From: an uncultured virus (IMG/VR IMGVR_UViG_3300031227_000030)
Lineage: Duplodnaviria > Heunggongvirae > Uroviricota > Caudoviricetes
DNA length: 64,000 bases
IMG/VR virus record: IMGVR_UViG_3300031227_000030
Strand: one strand, 5' to 3'
This document shows positions 39,359-48,924 of this stretch, in pieces. Each line of letters begins with the position of its first letter. Within the stretch, counting starts at the first letter, position 1. The notes under the pieces were generated by a model, which was given only the letters and a program-made list of their open reading frames with translations, ran no database searches and was not told the origin of the DNA. The translations under genes were made by a program, and so were the position numbers.

Positions 39359-40165
39359 ATGGCAGTTGTTAATAATATAATTTTCCCTGGGAATGGCATT
39401 GCCACTGAATGTACTTTTGATAGATTCGGGACAATTCCTACTGCAGATGAAATAAAAAATACTTATCTCTTTGGGATTCCATTTGAAGATCAATTTGGAG
39501 AAACAATTACAGATGACGCTATAACTCATTTTATTCTAGTAGCTATTTCTGAGTTTGAACATCAATTTAATGTTACAGTTAATCCTGCTATTCATACAGA
39601 AGAGAAACATGATTATTATTTTTCTGATTATCAGTATTATAATTTTATTCAACTTTATCATTATCCTGTTCAAACTATTGAGCAAATTCAGTTAAGATTT
39701 TCTCAAGATCAGCCTATTATTACGTTTCCTCCTGAATGGACAAGGCTTTATCCAGAGAGTGGCCAAGTCCAGATAACTCCAAATACAGCAGCAATTTCTC
39801 AGTTTATTATTGCTGGAACAGGATTGTTACCTAGAGTTTTTGGAGCTAGAAATGAATATCCTCAGCTCTTTTATTTGGATTATACTTCTGGCTTTGAACA
39901 AAATAAAATTCCTTTTGCGGTAATTCATTGGCTTAGTTTAAAAGCTGCTATTGATTTGTTGAGTATTGCAGGAGATTTAGCAATGGGGGCAGGAATTCAG
40001 TCTACAAATATTGCCTTAGAGGGCTTGTCTCAAGGAATTGTTACGACAAAAGGTGGAGGCTTAGGAGCTTTTGGTGCAAGAGTTAAATTATACCAAACTT
40101 TTCTTGAGAGGGCTTCTGATTTGGTAAGGAACTATTATAAAGGTCCACGCTGCACAGCGTGTTAG
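39359..40165 (+). CDS. Head completion/adaptor protein
   Basis: YLFGI, I..AISEFEH, IQLYHYPV, LDYTSGF..IP; position after the capsid gene. Confidence 0.7.
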   Translation: MAVVNNIIFPGNGIATECTFDRFGTIPTADEIKNTYLFGIPFEDQFGETITDDAITHFILVAISEFEHQFNVTVNPAIHTEEKHDYYFSDYQYYNFIQLYHYPVQTIEQIQLRFSQDQPIITFPPEWTRLYPESGQVQITPNTAAISQFIIAGTGLLPRVFGARNEYPQLFYLDYTSGFEQNKIPFAVIHWLSLKAAIDLLSIAGDLAMGAGIQSTNIALEGLSQGIVTTKGGGLGAFGARVKLYQTFLERASDLVRNYYKGPRCTAC

Positions 40166-40183
40166 TTAAAAAGGAGTTTTCAT

Positions 40184-41956
40184 ATGCCTCTTAAACAAGG
40201 TTCGTCTGATAAAGTAAAAAAGCCTAAAGAAAGTCTTGAAAATGACTATGAAGAAGCAAGAGATTTTGATTATGGAACTGAAGATATAAGCTCTGAAATT
40301 AGGAGTGAAATTAAAAATAAAGATGATGGTAAGGAAGAGGAAGAAAAGGAAGAGTCAAATCAGAATAAAAGTGATGTTTCTAAGACTACAGATAAGATTA
40401 TTTCTGATTTAGAAAAAGATTTTTCAGGGACTCAAGGTCCTCAAAGAGATGTTAGAAGGAATCAACAACTTATAGAAAGATACTATGAGTATCTTTCAGA
40501 GCAAACTCATAAGATATTTTTAGGAGATAATCATGAAATTTCTCTTAAAAATGGGTTAAAGTTATTAATATTTAAAGTAGCTAGAGATAGTTTTACTGGA
40601 GCGGTATTATCTTATGAGAGAAACGTTCCTTTAGCCACTTTTGAGAATTTAGATCTTTCTGCTTTGGTTGTAGATATGGCAGACAAAGGTTTTATAACCG
40701 AGAGAAGTTTTTATTCTATTTTAGAAGATGGTAATGCTACCTTTGATAATGAAACTCATACAGATAATATGGGGAAGGGAGAGAATATGCAAAAAACAGG
40801 CCATGTCCCTGGAGGGGACGTTATAGATGGAGTTTATCCTGATCAAAATGTTAGTTGTCCTGGTGGAAAGATACGTTCAAGAGGCCAGGGACGAGGGCTA
40901 GGAGTTGGAGGAGGTAGGGGCCCAATAGGTAGGCAAGCTGATAATCCAAAAAAATATGATTCTTTAGAGTCGGAAGATCTTGTCCGAGCTGCTATTGCTA
41001 GTTTTGGTAAGGCAGAAGTTTATGAAAAATATTCTTCTTCTGAAAGAAAAACTGTGGCTAATCAAATAACAAAAGCCGCTAAGAAATTTGGGATTGAAGT
41101 CTCTGATGATTGGAAAGAAAGGCATAATATTGTGAAATCTCAAACAGAATTTTTGGATAGTTGTTTTGAAGCTCTTGAGAAGGGTGATCTTAATAAAGCA
41201 AATGAATTAAGTAAGACATTTATGGGATATGATTCTATAAAGTATACCCCTTCAAATAGATCTGAAGCTATGGAAGTTGTGATTAAACCTCAACAAGAAG
41301 CTTTTGATATGACTTCTGTTGATACTGGGAATCCTATATCTGATGAGAATTATGGGACAAATGATTTTGGTCTTACTGAAATTCAAAAAGAAGTCATAAA
41401 GATGTTGCAGAAAGATCTTCATGTTGGTGCAAAAGTAGTGGGAATTTACAATGTCTATGATGGTAGTTACAATATTTGTTTGTTAGGTTCAGACAACATT
41501 GAACATAGATATAATTTGAGCAAAGAAGGAGTTTCTGTAAAGATGGCCTCGAGGAAAGTTGAAGAGAAGTTTAAAACTAAAGTAGACTTTCCAGGGACAG
41601 AAGTTTTTGGGAAAGCTGATCTATCTTTGGGCCAAAGTCTTTTTACTAAAAACTGGAATGATAAGTCAGATAAAGAGTCTGTTGAAGATTTTGCTAAGTC
41701 TCAGCCAAATTTTGAGTCAGCTTTTGATAAGAGAAAGGATCTTGGAGAGTTGAGAGTTCATAATAGTGAGTCTCAATTTAATAAGATGACCGATAATCTT
41801 AACGGTCTTGACTTTAGTAAGGCTAATGGGATTGGTGGAGGAGCAGGGTCTAGAGGTGGGAAAGTTGTAGGATATTATTCTGATGGAACTCCTGCTTATG
41901 CTTCTCAGCAATATAAACCTCAGACAGCCACTCCTAAAAAAAAACTTCTGAAGTAG
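40184..41956 (+). CDS. Mosaic putative internal head protein; probably extends to 42279 by frameshift
   Basis: Many K-S/K-A sites, a DUF6582-like segment VRAAIASF..ERK..I.KAAKKFGIEV, and GSRGGKVVGY..GTPAY. Confidence 0.55.
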   Translation: MPLKQGSSDKVKKPKESLENDYEEARDFDYGTEDISSEIRSEIKNKDDGKEEEEKEESNQNKSDVSKTTDKIISDLEKDFSGTQGPQRDVRRNQQLIERYYEYLSEQTHKIFLGDNHEISLKNGLKLLIFKVARDSFTGAVLSYERNVPLATFENLDLSALVVDMADKGFITERSFYSILEDGNATFDNETHTDNMGKGENMQKTGHVPGGDVIDGVYPDQNVSCPGGKIRSRGQGRGLGVGGGRGPIGRQADNPKKYDSLESEDLVRAAIASFGKAEVYEKYSSSERKTVANQITKAAKKFGIEVSDDWKERHNIVKSQTEFLDSCFEALEKGDLNKANELSKTFMGYDSIKYTPSNRSEAMEVVIKPQQEAFDMTSVDTGNPISDENYGTNDFGLTEIQKEVIKMLQKDLHVGAKVVGIYNVYDGSYNICLLGSDNIEHRYNLSKEGVSVKMASRKVEEKFKTKVDFPGTEVFGKADLSLGQSLFTKNWNDKSDKESVEDFAKSQPNFESAFDKRKDLGELRVHNSESQFNKMTDNLNGLDFSKANGIGGGAGSRGGKVVGYYSDGTPAYASQQYKPQTATPKKKLLK

Positions 41957-42279
41957 GAGTAGTTGGAGCGGCCTCTTCTTCTTCGGGAGGGGGAAGAGAA
42001 TTTTCGGGAGAAGACAATGGGAGTAAGAATAAGAAAAAACCCCAAACAAAAATTCCCAAAACTCCAGGGATGCCCCAACAATCTGCTGGATCAACTATAT
42101 CTTCTTCGTTTTCTGTCGGAGAAAAAATCAAATTGCAAGGAAAGACTTATACCATTTCGGGGGTTATTGATGGATATATTCTTGAAGATGAAAAAGGCAA
42201 AAAGTTTTTTGCAGCGTCTAATCTTCTTCAAGAAGCTGAAAAAGTAGCTTCTGAGAAAAAGGAAACTAAAAAGGAATAA
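41937..42279 (+). CDS. -1 frame continuation of the 40184 gene (includes track ORF 42070..42279)
   Basis: Frame open from the A9 run: KTSEVGVVGAASSSSGGGREFSGEDNGSKNKKKPQTKIPKTPGMPQQ...KKE*, ending 5 nt before the next gene. Confidence 0.55.
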
Positions 42280-42284
42280 AAAAT

Positions 42285-43151
42285 ATGTCTCCGATAAGCA
42301 GTACTCCAAATAAATACTCTAAGCGTGATCCTTATACTGGAAAAACTGGCTATAGTAATATTGATCCAAAATCATTTGACAGTCTTATTGCAACGCAAGG
42401 AATAAGATGGATACATGAGAAAGTAGCTATATGTCCAAATATAACTGGAAGATTGGATACAGGAGTTCATGATGTTAATTGTCAACTTTGCGATAATTCT
42501 TTAATTCATTTTGATGCTACAGAGATTTGGGCTCTTCTTCAAAGAACTCGTTTGAATAAAATGTTTGAAGCTCATGGGACTTGGGATATTGGTTCAGCTA
42601 TCATTATTACTCCATCTAAAAAAGAGAATGGAGATCCTTTTGATATAAATTATTTTGATAGATTTACGGCTGTTGATTTCAATGTAAGATTTTCAGAAAT
42701 ATTTGAACATTCTGGAACAGATGTAGATGTTTTAAAATATAAAGTTACTGATATTATCTATATGGCCTCAAAAGAGCATGTTTTTATTTTAAATAGTGAT
42801 TTTAGGATGACAGAAGCTGGTCAAGTTAAGTGGATCTCTGACAGAAGGCCTAATTATGATTTTATTAATAGGATTGGGGATGTGGTTAGTTGTGTTTACT
42901 ATACTCCATTAGTTATGAGAGTTTTAGATATGAACCATGAGCATAGGTATGTTTCATCTGGCGTAAGGAGCCATTACAAAAATCCACAAGCTTTGCCTCA
43001 GTCTGCTGTAGTTAAACGAGATTTTTTAATTGAATCAAGAGATATTCATGACAAGTTGGTTCACCCTGAAATTATGGCACAAGTTACTCATCCTAGAGCT
43101 GTTGATATAGCTCCTGTGGGATATGTTAACCCAGAATCTGAGATATCATGA
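42285..43151 (+). CDS. Neck/head-closure protein
   Basis: WIHEKVAICP...CQLC, DRFT, LPQSAVVKR; Twort-like gene order. Confidence 0.6.
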   Translation: MSPISSTPNKYSKRDPYTGKTGYSNIDPKSFDSLIATQGIRWIHEKVAICPNITGRLDTGVHDVNCQLCDNSLIHFDATEIWALLQRTRLNKMFEAHGTWDIGSAIIITPSKKENGDPFDINYFDRFTAVDFNVRFSEIFEHSGTDVDVLKYKVTDIIYMASKEHVFILNSDFRMTEAGQVKWISDRRPNYDFINRIGDVVSCVYYTPLVMRVLDMNHEHRYVSSGVRSHYKNPQALPQSAVVKRDFLIESRDIHDKLVHPEIMAQVTHPRAVDIAPVGYVNPESEIS

Positions 43152-43960
43152 TAAAGTTAACTTTTGAAGTAAATGACAAGGAGTTTGAGAAAGAAACAGA
43201 AATGTTTAAAGAGACTGCGGAGGTTTGGGCTGCAAGTGTCATTAATAAGGTTTCTGATTCGACTTATAATGAAATTCATAAGAGGATTAACGATGATCCT
43301 TTGCATACTCTTTCTCATAAAGATATTTATACAAATAATTTAAAGAGGTCTTTTGAATCTCCTTTTGACCATTCAGTTTCTTTAGAACAAGAGGCTTGGT
43401 TTTTAGAGGAAGGTTGGAGCTCTTTTGACTTAAGGGATAGTATTTTGGAAGGTGGGTCTCAAGGCGTTAAATATAGTAAAAAAGATCAAAAACCTTATAT
43501 GATTGTCCCCATTAAAAAACATAAAAATCCAAGTGGGACAAGTCCTTCTAGAGAGTTAAGTTTGTCAGAAGTCCAGGCAAAAAGCATGATACCTACATTT
43601 TCTGGTGTATCTAAGGATTTGACTCAATTATTGGCAGAGACAAAACAGTCTTCAAGTGGATATATGGGAAAATCTAAGTATAGAAATTTGAGAGCTACTC
43701 AAAATACTTTAGCTGGCATGATAACGGAGGGTCCAAGAGGTTTTGGAAAATATGAAGATGTTTATAAAAAATATTCTGGGATATCTAGATACAGAAGTGC
43801 TGGGTCAAATGGTTCAGAATTTGTTGCATTTAGAACTATGAGTTATGATTCTGCTGCTAGTTGGAAACATCCAGGGTATAAAGGATATCAAATTTTTCCT
43901 GAGATGGAAGTTTATGCGCAAGTAATGCTTCAAGATATTTTAAGTAAAGGAGCTTTTTAA
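43148..43960 (+). CDS. Neck/tail-completion protein
   Basis: LEEGWSSFDLR, PYMIVP, FVAFRTMS...SWKHPG. Confidence 0.6.
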   Translation: MIKLTFEVNDKEFEKETEMFKETAEVWAASVINKVSDSTYNEIHKRINDDPLHTLSHKDIYTNNLKRSFESPFDHSVSLEQEAWFLEEGWSSFDLRDSILEGGSQGVKYSKKDQKPYMIVPIKKHKNPSGTSPSRELSLSEVQAKSMIPTFSGVSKDLTQLLAETKQSSSGYMGKSKYRNLRATQNTLAGMITEGPRGFGKYEDVYKKYSGISRYRSAGSNGSEFVAFRTMSYDSAASWKHPGYKGYQIFPEMEVYAQVMLQDILSKGAF

Positions 43961-44925
43961 TGGGTCTACCAATGCCAGACTTTATGCTTGAAGAAGTAAT
44001 TTTAGCAGGATTAGATGATATTTATAAGAATATGGATGCTCGACTTGCTGATATTTTTGAGGATTTTCACAGTCCTCAACTTTTAGCTCTTCATGGGAAA
44101 AGACATTTAGATATTTTTAAAACTTTCCTTCAAACAAATAAAATAAGAGTTATCCAAGGGTGGACATTAGTCCCTCAGAGTGTTCCAGCATATTCTATCA
44201 ATTTAGCAGCTCAGACTGAAGCTGTTTCTCAGGCTTTTTTAGGAGACTATGCAGGTTCTTTTGACACTGTTGTGGATCCCACAAATGTTGTTATAAACTT
44301 TATTCCTACATCTTATGACTCTACAACAGGATATGTCACTGTGGCTGATGGAGTGGACTTAGGGAGCACTTTTATTGGATATCAGTTCGTGGATTTTGCA
44401 GAGAATTCTTTTTCTATTCTATCTGGTATCGTCAATACAATTGGGGAGAAGAAATTTAATATTGGTCCATCCCAAGTTATTGATATAACAGGGAATTGTA
44501 ATATTACTACTCCTGAAGGATCAACTCGATCTTTAGTTAGATGCGTTCCTTATAGAATGAAATTAGAGATTGGATGTCATACAGAAAATGATCCAAATGT
44601 TTGTAAAATGCTTTTTGCTATTCTTTATTATATTTTGTTAAAATATAAGTTAACATTGGAAAATTATGGACTATTTATTAGTGTTTCTTCTGCAACAGAT
44701 TTGAGTAGATTAAATCAATATCTACCTGACAATATTTTTACTAGAACAGTTATGTTAGATTCTTTAACTTATTTGGCAACAATTTCAGAAACAAATACGT
44801 TAATGGGAACATCAGACATTAGATTAGTCGTTAGAGTCCCTAGGGATGATTGGAGTCTTCAGGATATTGATTATACTTTGAATACAACTATAGATAGCGA
44901 ACAAACTCCTTTGCCAAGCTTCTAA
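43960..44925 (+). CDS. Putative tail terminator protein
   Basis: 321 aa; position before the sheath gene. Confidence 0.5.
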   Translation: MGLPMPDFMLEEVILAGLDDIYKNMDARLADIFEDFHSPQLLALHGKRHLDIFKTFLQTNKIRVIQGWTLVPQSVPAYSINLAAQTEAVSQAFLGDYAGSFDTVVDPTNVVINFIPTSYDSTTGYVTVADGVDLGSTFIGYQFVDFAENSFSILSGIVNTIGEKKFNIGPSQVIDITGNCNITTPEGSTRSLVRCVPYRMKLEIGCHTENDPNVCKMLFAILYYILLKYKLTLENYGLFISVSSATDLSRLNQYLPDNIFTRTVMLDSLTYLATISETNTLMGTSDIRLVVRVPRDDWSLQDIDYTLNTTIDSEQTPLPSF

Positions 44926-44966
44926 AAACATGAGATAATTATAATAATAAAAAGAAGGGAATATTT

Positions 44967-45341
44967 ATGGGTGAAGAGATTACATTAAAAAAAGCAGAAG
45001 AAATTATAGATAAACCTTTGAAGAAAGAGGATATCAAAAAAGATATTAAAAAAGAGGAAATTAAGAAGAAAGAGGTTATCAAGGAAATTAAGAAAGAAAT
45101 TAAGAAAGAAGTTAAGAAGGAAGTTTTTAAAAGGCCTATTCCGATTAAGGCTATTGATATTTTTCCTAAAAACAATGTTTCAGAGAATGCAATTAGTTTT
45201 GATATTTATTTCAATAGGAAAGTCTTTGAAGGAAAATATGCTAAACATCATAGACTTCCTCTTTTGTCTTTTTTAAAGAAGAATAGTGAATCGGTTAATC
45301 TAACATTTGAGGAATTTGAAAAGATATTTATAAAATATTAA
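44967..45341 (+). CDS. Hypothetical protein with (I/V)KKE repeats
   Basis: 124 aa, low-complexity K/E/I repeats; occupies the small pre-sheath gene slot. Confidence 0.55.
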   Translation: MGEEITLKKAEEIIDKPLKKEDIKKDIKKEEIKKKEVIKEIKKEIKKEVKKEVFKRPIPIKAIDIFPKNNVSENAISFDIYFNRKVFEGKYAKHHRLPLLSFLKKNSESVNLTFEEFEKIFIKY

Positions 45342-45356
45342 TAAGGAGATATTCAC

Positions 45357-47639
45357 ATGGTTATTTCTGTAAATTTTAATGGGAAGTCGTTAGTTCATCC
45401 AAATACTTATTCAAAAATAACAACTCTACTTTCAGGTGGCCTTCCTGTCACTGCTTCTGGGGTTGTTGGGATAATTGGCGAAGCTAGTAAGGGAGCTCCA
45501 GGAGATGTCACTGGAGAAGGGGTCCAAAGTTTTAACTCTACTCAATTGTCAGATATTGCAGCAAAATATTCGTCTGGTCCAATTGTTGATGCGGCAAAAC
45601 TATTAATTGAGCCTTCTAGAGATGCTAGGCTAGTTAATGGAGCTCAAATTATAAGAGTTTGGAAAACAAATTCTTCTGTTCAGTCTACTCTGACTCTTGC
45701 TAATGTTGACACTGGAGTTGGAAACACCATGTTAACCGCTACTTCTGGGAATTATGGTGTTGACGAAAATAACTTAGCAGTTTTGTCTTCTTCTGGCTCT
45801 GTTGTTGACGCTCATGCTTCTGTCGTCTCAGATTCAGATGTAGCTTTCCCAATTGCTGTTGCGACTGCTGATACTTTAATTGTTGTGATAAATGGGATAA
45901 CTTATACTTTAACTGTTACAACTGCTCCAGGTGGGTCTGTTTCTTTAACTCAGGCTCAGTGGGTTACATTGTTAAATGGAGCCGCTGTTACTGTTGGAGC
46001 AGATACCGCAACTCCTGTTTGGGCTCCTTCAAAACCAGTTATAGCTAGTGCTTCTGGAACGGTAAGGATTCAATTAGTTGAAGACCCAACAGTTATTGAT
46101 GATTATACTTCTCTTCATGAATATGGCTTAATGACTCTTACTGCAGCAAACATTAGAACAACTTTAGCTCTTGGAGTTGCTTCTGCGGTAAATGCTTCAA
46201 CTCTTGTTGTTACTCCTGGTGGAGCTGGTCCAGTTCGTGGTTCTAGAGGGTCTAGAGTTTTTACAGTTACTAGGAATGATGTCTCTGAGACTATTGATGA
46301 GAATTCAAATGATGTAATTTTTAGCATTAGGTATGTTGGAGCTTCAACAGGATGTCTTTTTTCTGTTTCAGATGTTTCTACAGTTAGAACTTTAGTCACG
46401 ACAACTAGTGGTCCAGCAACTCCTGCAGAAGATCTTAATTTGAATTTAAACTCTTATACAGTTCAAGAATTAGTTGATTATATCAATAATTTTGGAGGAG
46501 GAGGTCTATACACTTGTGTAACCTCTTATTTTAATGCTTCTGTTGTTGAGGCTAATCTAATGGACTATTATCGTTCTATAGATATTTTAACTTTGCCTCT
46601 TAATGCTAAAGCTGCAATAAATGAAATTGTTGAACTTACAAATGAGCAGTCTCAGTTGATTTCTGTTGAGCAAACTTCTAATGTCTATGGTCAATTAAGG
46701 ACCTTTACTCCTAAGCAGTTTTTAACGGGAGCTTCAACAGGTGGATCAACAAATACTGATTTTCAGGATGGTTTTGACGCAATTCTTGCTGTAAGGTGTA
46801 ACACAGTTATCCCTTTGATTAGTCAGGATGCAACAACTGACATTACTGATGGCCTTACGGATGCTAATTCTACTTACGATATAGCTTCTGTGAATTTACA
46901 AGCAGATACCCATTGTAGAACTGCCTCAAATACTCAAAATAGAAGTGAGAGAAATTGTATTATTTCTTTAAAAGATTCTTTTGTGGACACAATAGCTGCT
47001 TCTAAGATTTTGAATTCGGAATATTCTTCTATGACTTTTGAAGATACTGGAGTTTTAGATATAAATGGGACTATTGTTGTAAAACAACCTTGGGCTCAAG
47101 CTTGTTTAGCTGCTGGAATGATGGCTGGTGCTCCAATTGGAGAACCAATCACATTTAAGTATGCAAATTGTTATTCTATAACCCATTCTGACTTTAATTC
47201 TAAAACTCAAGCTGATTCTGCGATTAAAGCAGGATTATTATTTTTAGAACAGCCAGATCAAGGTGGTTTTAGGTTTGCTGTTGGAAACACTACTTATCAA
47301 AAGGATGGGAGTTTTGTTTATAATAGAATTTCTGTGTTTCAAGCTGCTCAGTATGTCGCTTATGACTTACGACAAGTCTTAGAAAACATTTTTATTGGTA
47401 CTAAAGCTAGGACTGGTTCAGCTGAAAATGTTAAAAATGTTGTTATTAGTGCAATGGCTAAATACTTAAGAGATGAAATAATTGTTGGAGATGATTTGAA
47501 TTCTGGACTTGGTTGGAGAAATCTTACTGTTGTTATAACTGGCCCAGTTGCAGCAGTAGACATTACGATTACTCCAGTTGAGGGACTTGATTTTATTCTT
47601 CCAACAATAAATTTGGATCAAATTAGGCAGACGGCATAA
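45357..47639 (+). CDS. Contractile tail sheath protein
   Basis: FNGK..HPNTYS, GIIGEA.KG.P, GEPITFK, NRISV, FIGTK. Confidence 0.92.
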   Translation: MVISVNFNGKSLVHPNTYSKITTLLSGGLPVTASGVVGIIGEASKGAPGDVTGEGVQSFNSTQLSDIAAKYSSGPIVDAAKLLIEPSRDARLVNGAQIIRVWKTNSSVQSTLTLANVDTGVGNTMLTATSGNYGVDENNLAVLSSSGSVVDAHASVVSDSDVAFPIAVATADTLIVVINGITYTLTVTTAPGGSVSLTQAQWVTLLNGAAVTVGADTATPVWAPSKPVIASASGTVRIQLVEDPTVIDDYTSLHEYGLMTLTAANIRTTLALGVASAVNASTLVVTPGGAGPVRGSRGSRVFTVTRNDVSETIDENSNDVIFSIRYVGASTGCLFSVSDVSTVRTLVTTTSGPATPAEDLNLNLNSYTVQELVDYINNFGGGGLYTCVTSYFNASVVEANLMDYYRSIDILTLPLNAKAAINEIVELTNEQSQLISVEQTSNVYGQLRTFTPKQFLTGASTGGSTNTDFQDGFDAILAVRCNTVIPLISQDATTDITDGLTDANSTYDIASVNLQADTHCRTASNTQNRSERNCIISLKDSFVDTIAASKILNSEYSSMTFEDTGVLDINGTIVVKQPWAQACLAAGMMAGAPIGEPITFKYANCYSITHSDFNSKTQADSAIKAGLLFLEQPDQGGFRFAVGNTTYQKDGSFVYNRISVFQAAQYVAYDLRQVLENIFIGTKARTGSAENVKNVVISAMAKYLRDEIIVGDDLNSGLGWRNLTVVITGPVAAVDITITPVEGLDFILPTINLDQIRQTA

Positions 47640-47663
47640 ATAAATAAATAAAGGAGAATTATT

Positions 47664-48158
47664 ATGACTTCAGGAGGACAAACTGCTATTGGAACGACAA
47701 GACCTTTCGGTGGAGTCGTTACTGGTGTAAGGGCTATTCTTTCAATAGGGAATTTGCCAATAATTTTTGCGTCAAATGTGAGTTATACAATTACTCATAA
47801 TATGACTCCGATTGAGGTTCTTGATCGTCTTACTCCTGCTGAATGGGCAGAGACTGGATATCAAGTAGAGTTTACTTTTAATTCTTTTAGGGTTGTGGGA
47901 AAATCGGCTACAGCGTTAGGTTTTGAAGCTTTACCAACTGATGCTCTTTTAAGACAGCCAGAGTTTACTGTTGAATTACAAGCAGCAGCTCCAGATAATA
48001 CTGACCCAAAAACAATTTTGAGAATTTATAGAGCTAAAATGAGAGGTCGAAGAGGAACAGTTGATGCCAGAGGAGTTATGACAGAGACATTTGATTTTGT
48101 CGGGATTCTTGCAGATGATGAAGGTGGATACGCTCAAGAACAACCTTTACCTGCATAA
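47664..48158 (+). CDS. Tail tube protein
   Basis: 164 aa after the sheath gene; VTGVRAIL..FASNVSY..PIEVL. Confidence 0.8.
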   Translation: MTSGGQTAIGTTRPFGGVVTGVRAILSIGNLPIIFASNVSYTITHNMTPIEVLDRLTPAEWAETGYQVEFTFNSFRVVGKSATALGFEALPTDALLRQPEFTVELQAAAPDNTDPKTILRIYRAKMRGRRGTVDARGVMTETFDFVGILADDEGGYAQEQPLPA

Positions 48159-48167
48159 CTTTTCTTT

Positions 48168-48207
48168 AACCCATTGGTGCTTTCCCCCACACCAATGGGT
48201 TTTTTTT
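48168..48207 (+). terminator. Rho-independent terminator after the tube gene
   Basis: AACCCATTGGTG-N10-CACCAATGGGTT followed by a T tract. Confidence 0.88.
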
Positions 48208-48242
48208 GGGGGAAGTATTTAAAATAATAAGCAGGAGGGAAA

Positions 48243-48497
48243 ATGGAAAATAAAATTGGGATATTTTTAAAAAGAAGAAGAGAAAGTTTAGGAATTTCTC
48301 TTAGAGAGTTAGAGAGCAAGATTGGTATATCTGATTCTTATATTTCAATTATAGAAAATGGTAAAAAAGATTTTGTTCATCCGAATATCCTTAAGAGATT
48401 TTCAAAAATTTTAGATGTTCCATATCTATACTTAATGGAGATGTCTGGATATTTAGAAAAAAATATAACTTTAAAAGAAAGGGGAAAAGATGTCTGA
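48243..48497 (+). CDS. XRE-family HTH transcriptional regulator
   Basis: LKRRRESLGISLRELESKIGISDSYISIIENG..HPNILKRFSKIL; SD GGAGG. Confidence 0.88.
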   Translation: MENKIGIFLKRRRESLGISLRELESKIGISDSYISIIENGKKDFVHPNILKRFSKILDVPYLYLMEMSGYLEKNITLKERGKDV

Positions 48498-48924
48498 TTT
48501 CATGCCAGTAGAGCATATGTTTTCTGTAGATAGTGTCGGGAAAGAAACGAAAAAACAGTATCAAGGGGATTTTATTTATAGGAGGCTAAACCTTAAACAT
48601 CAAGCTGAAGCAGATAAGCTTAAAGCAAGACTTAATGGGACAAATGTCCAACAGCTTAGTAAATCAACTTTAGCTGTTCATGAAATGCTTTCTTGGCTAT
48701 ATTATGGAATAGCTTCTGCACCTAAATGGTGGTTTGAGAGCGCTTTTTCAGATGTTGAATCAACTCAAATTCGTGAGAATGATGATTCTGTCATCCCTGG
48801 TTATCATTTGTATGATGCTAATATTGTAAGGGAGATTTATGATGAAGTCGCAAAATTTGAGGAATCTTTTAGAGAAAGAATGTTTGGAAAGAAAGAAAAG
48901 AAAGAAAAAGAAAACAAGTTATGA
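48490..48924 (+). CDS. Tail assembly chaperone (G-like)
   Basis: Lies between tube and tape measure genes; GDFIYRR...APKWW..D.NI..EIY..V.KFE.SF. Confidence 0.7.
   Translation: MSDFMPVEHMFSVDSVGKETKKQYQGDFIYRRLNLKHQAEADKLKARLNGTNVQQLSKSTLAVHEMLSWLYYGIASAPKWWFESAFSDVESTQIRENDDSVIPGYHLYDANIVREIYDEVAKFEESFRERMFGKKEKKEKENKL

Noticed and set aside
41963..42247. 94-aa ORF after the 40184 gene
   Set aside because: The overlapping frame ending at 42279 looks more protein-like and abuts the next gene; this frame is probably a shadow, though an upstream GGAG means it is not fully excluded.
45020..45130. AAGAAAGAAATT-like repeats as a DNA element
   Set aside because: Explained by the (I/V)KKE low-complexity coding repeat.
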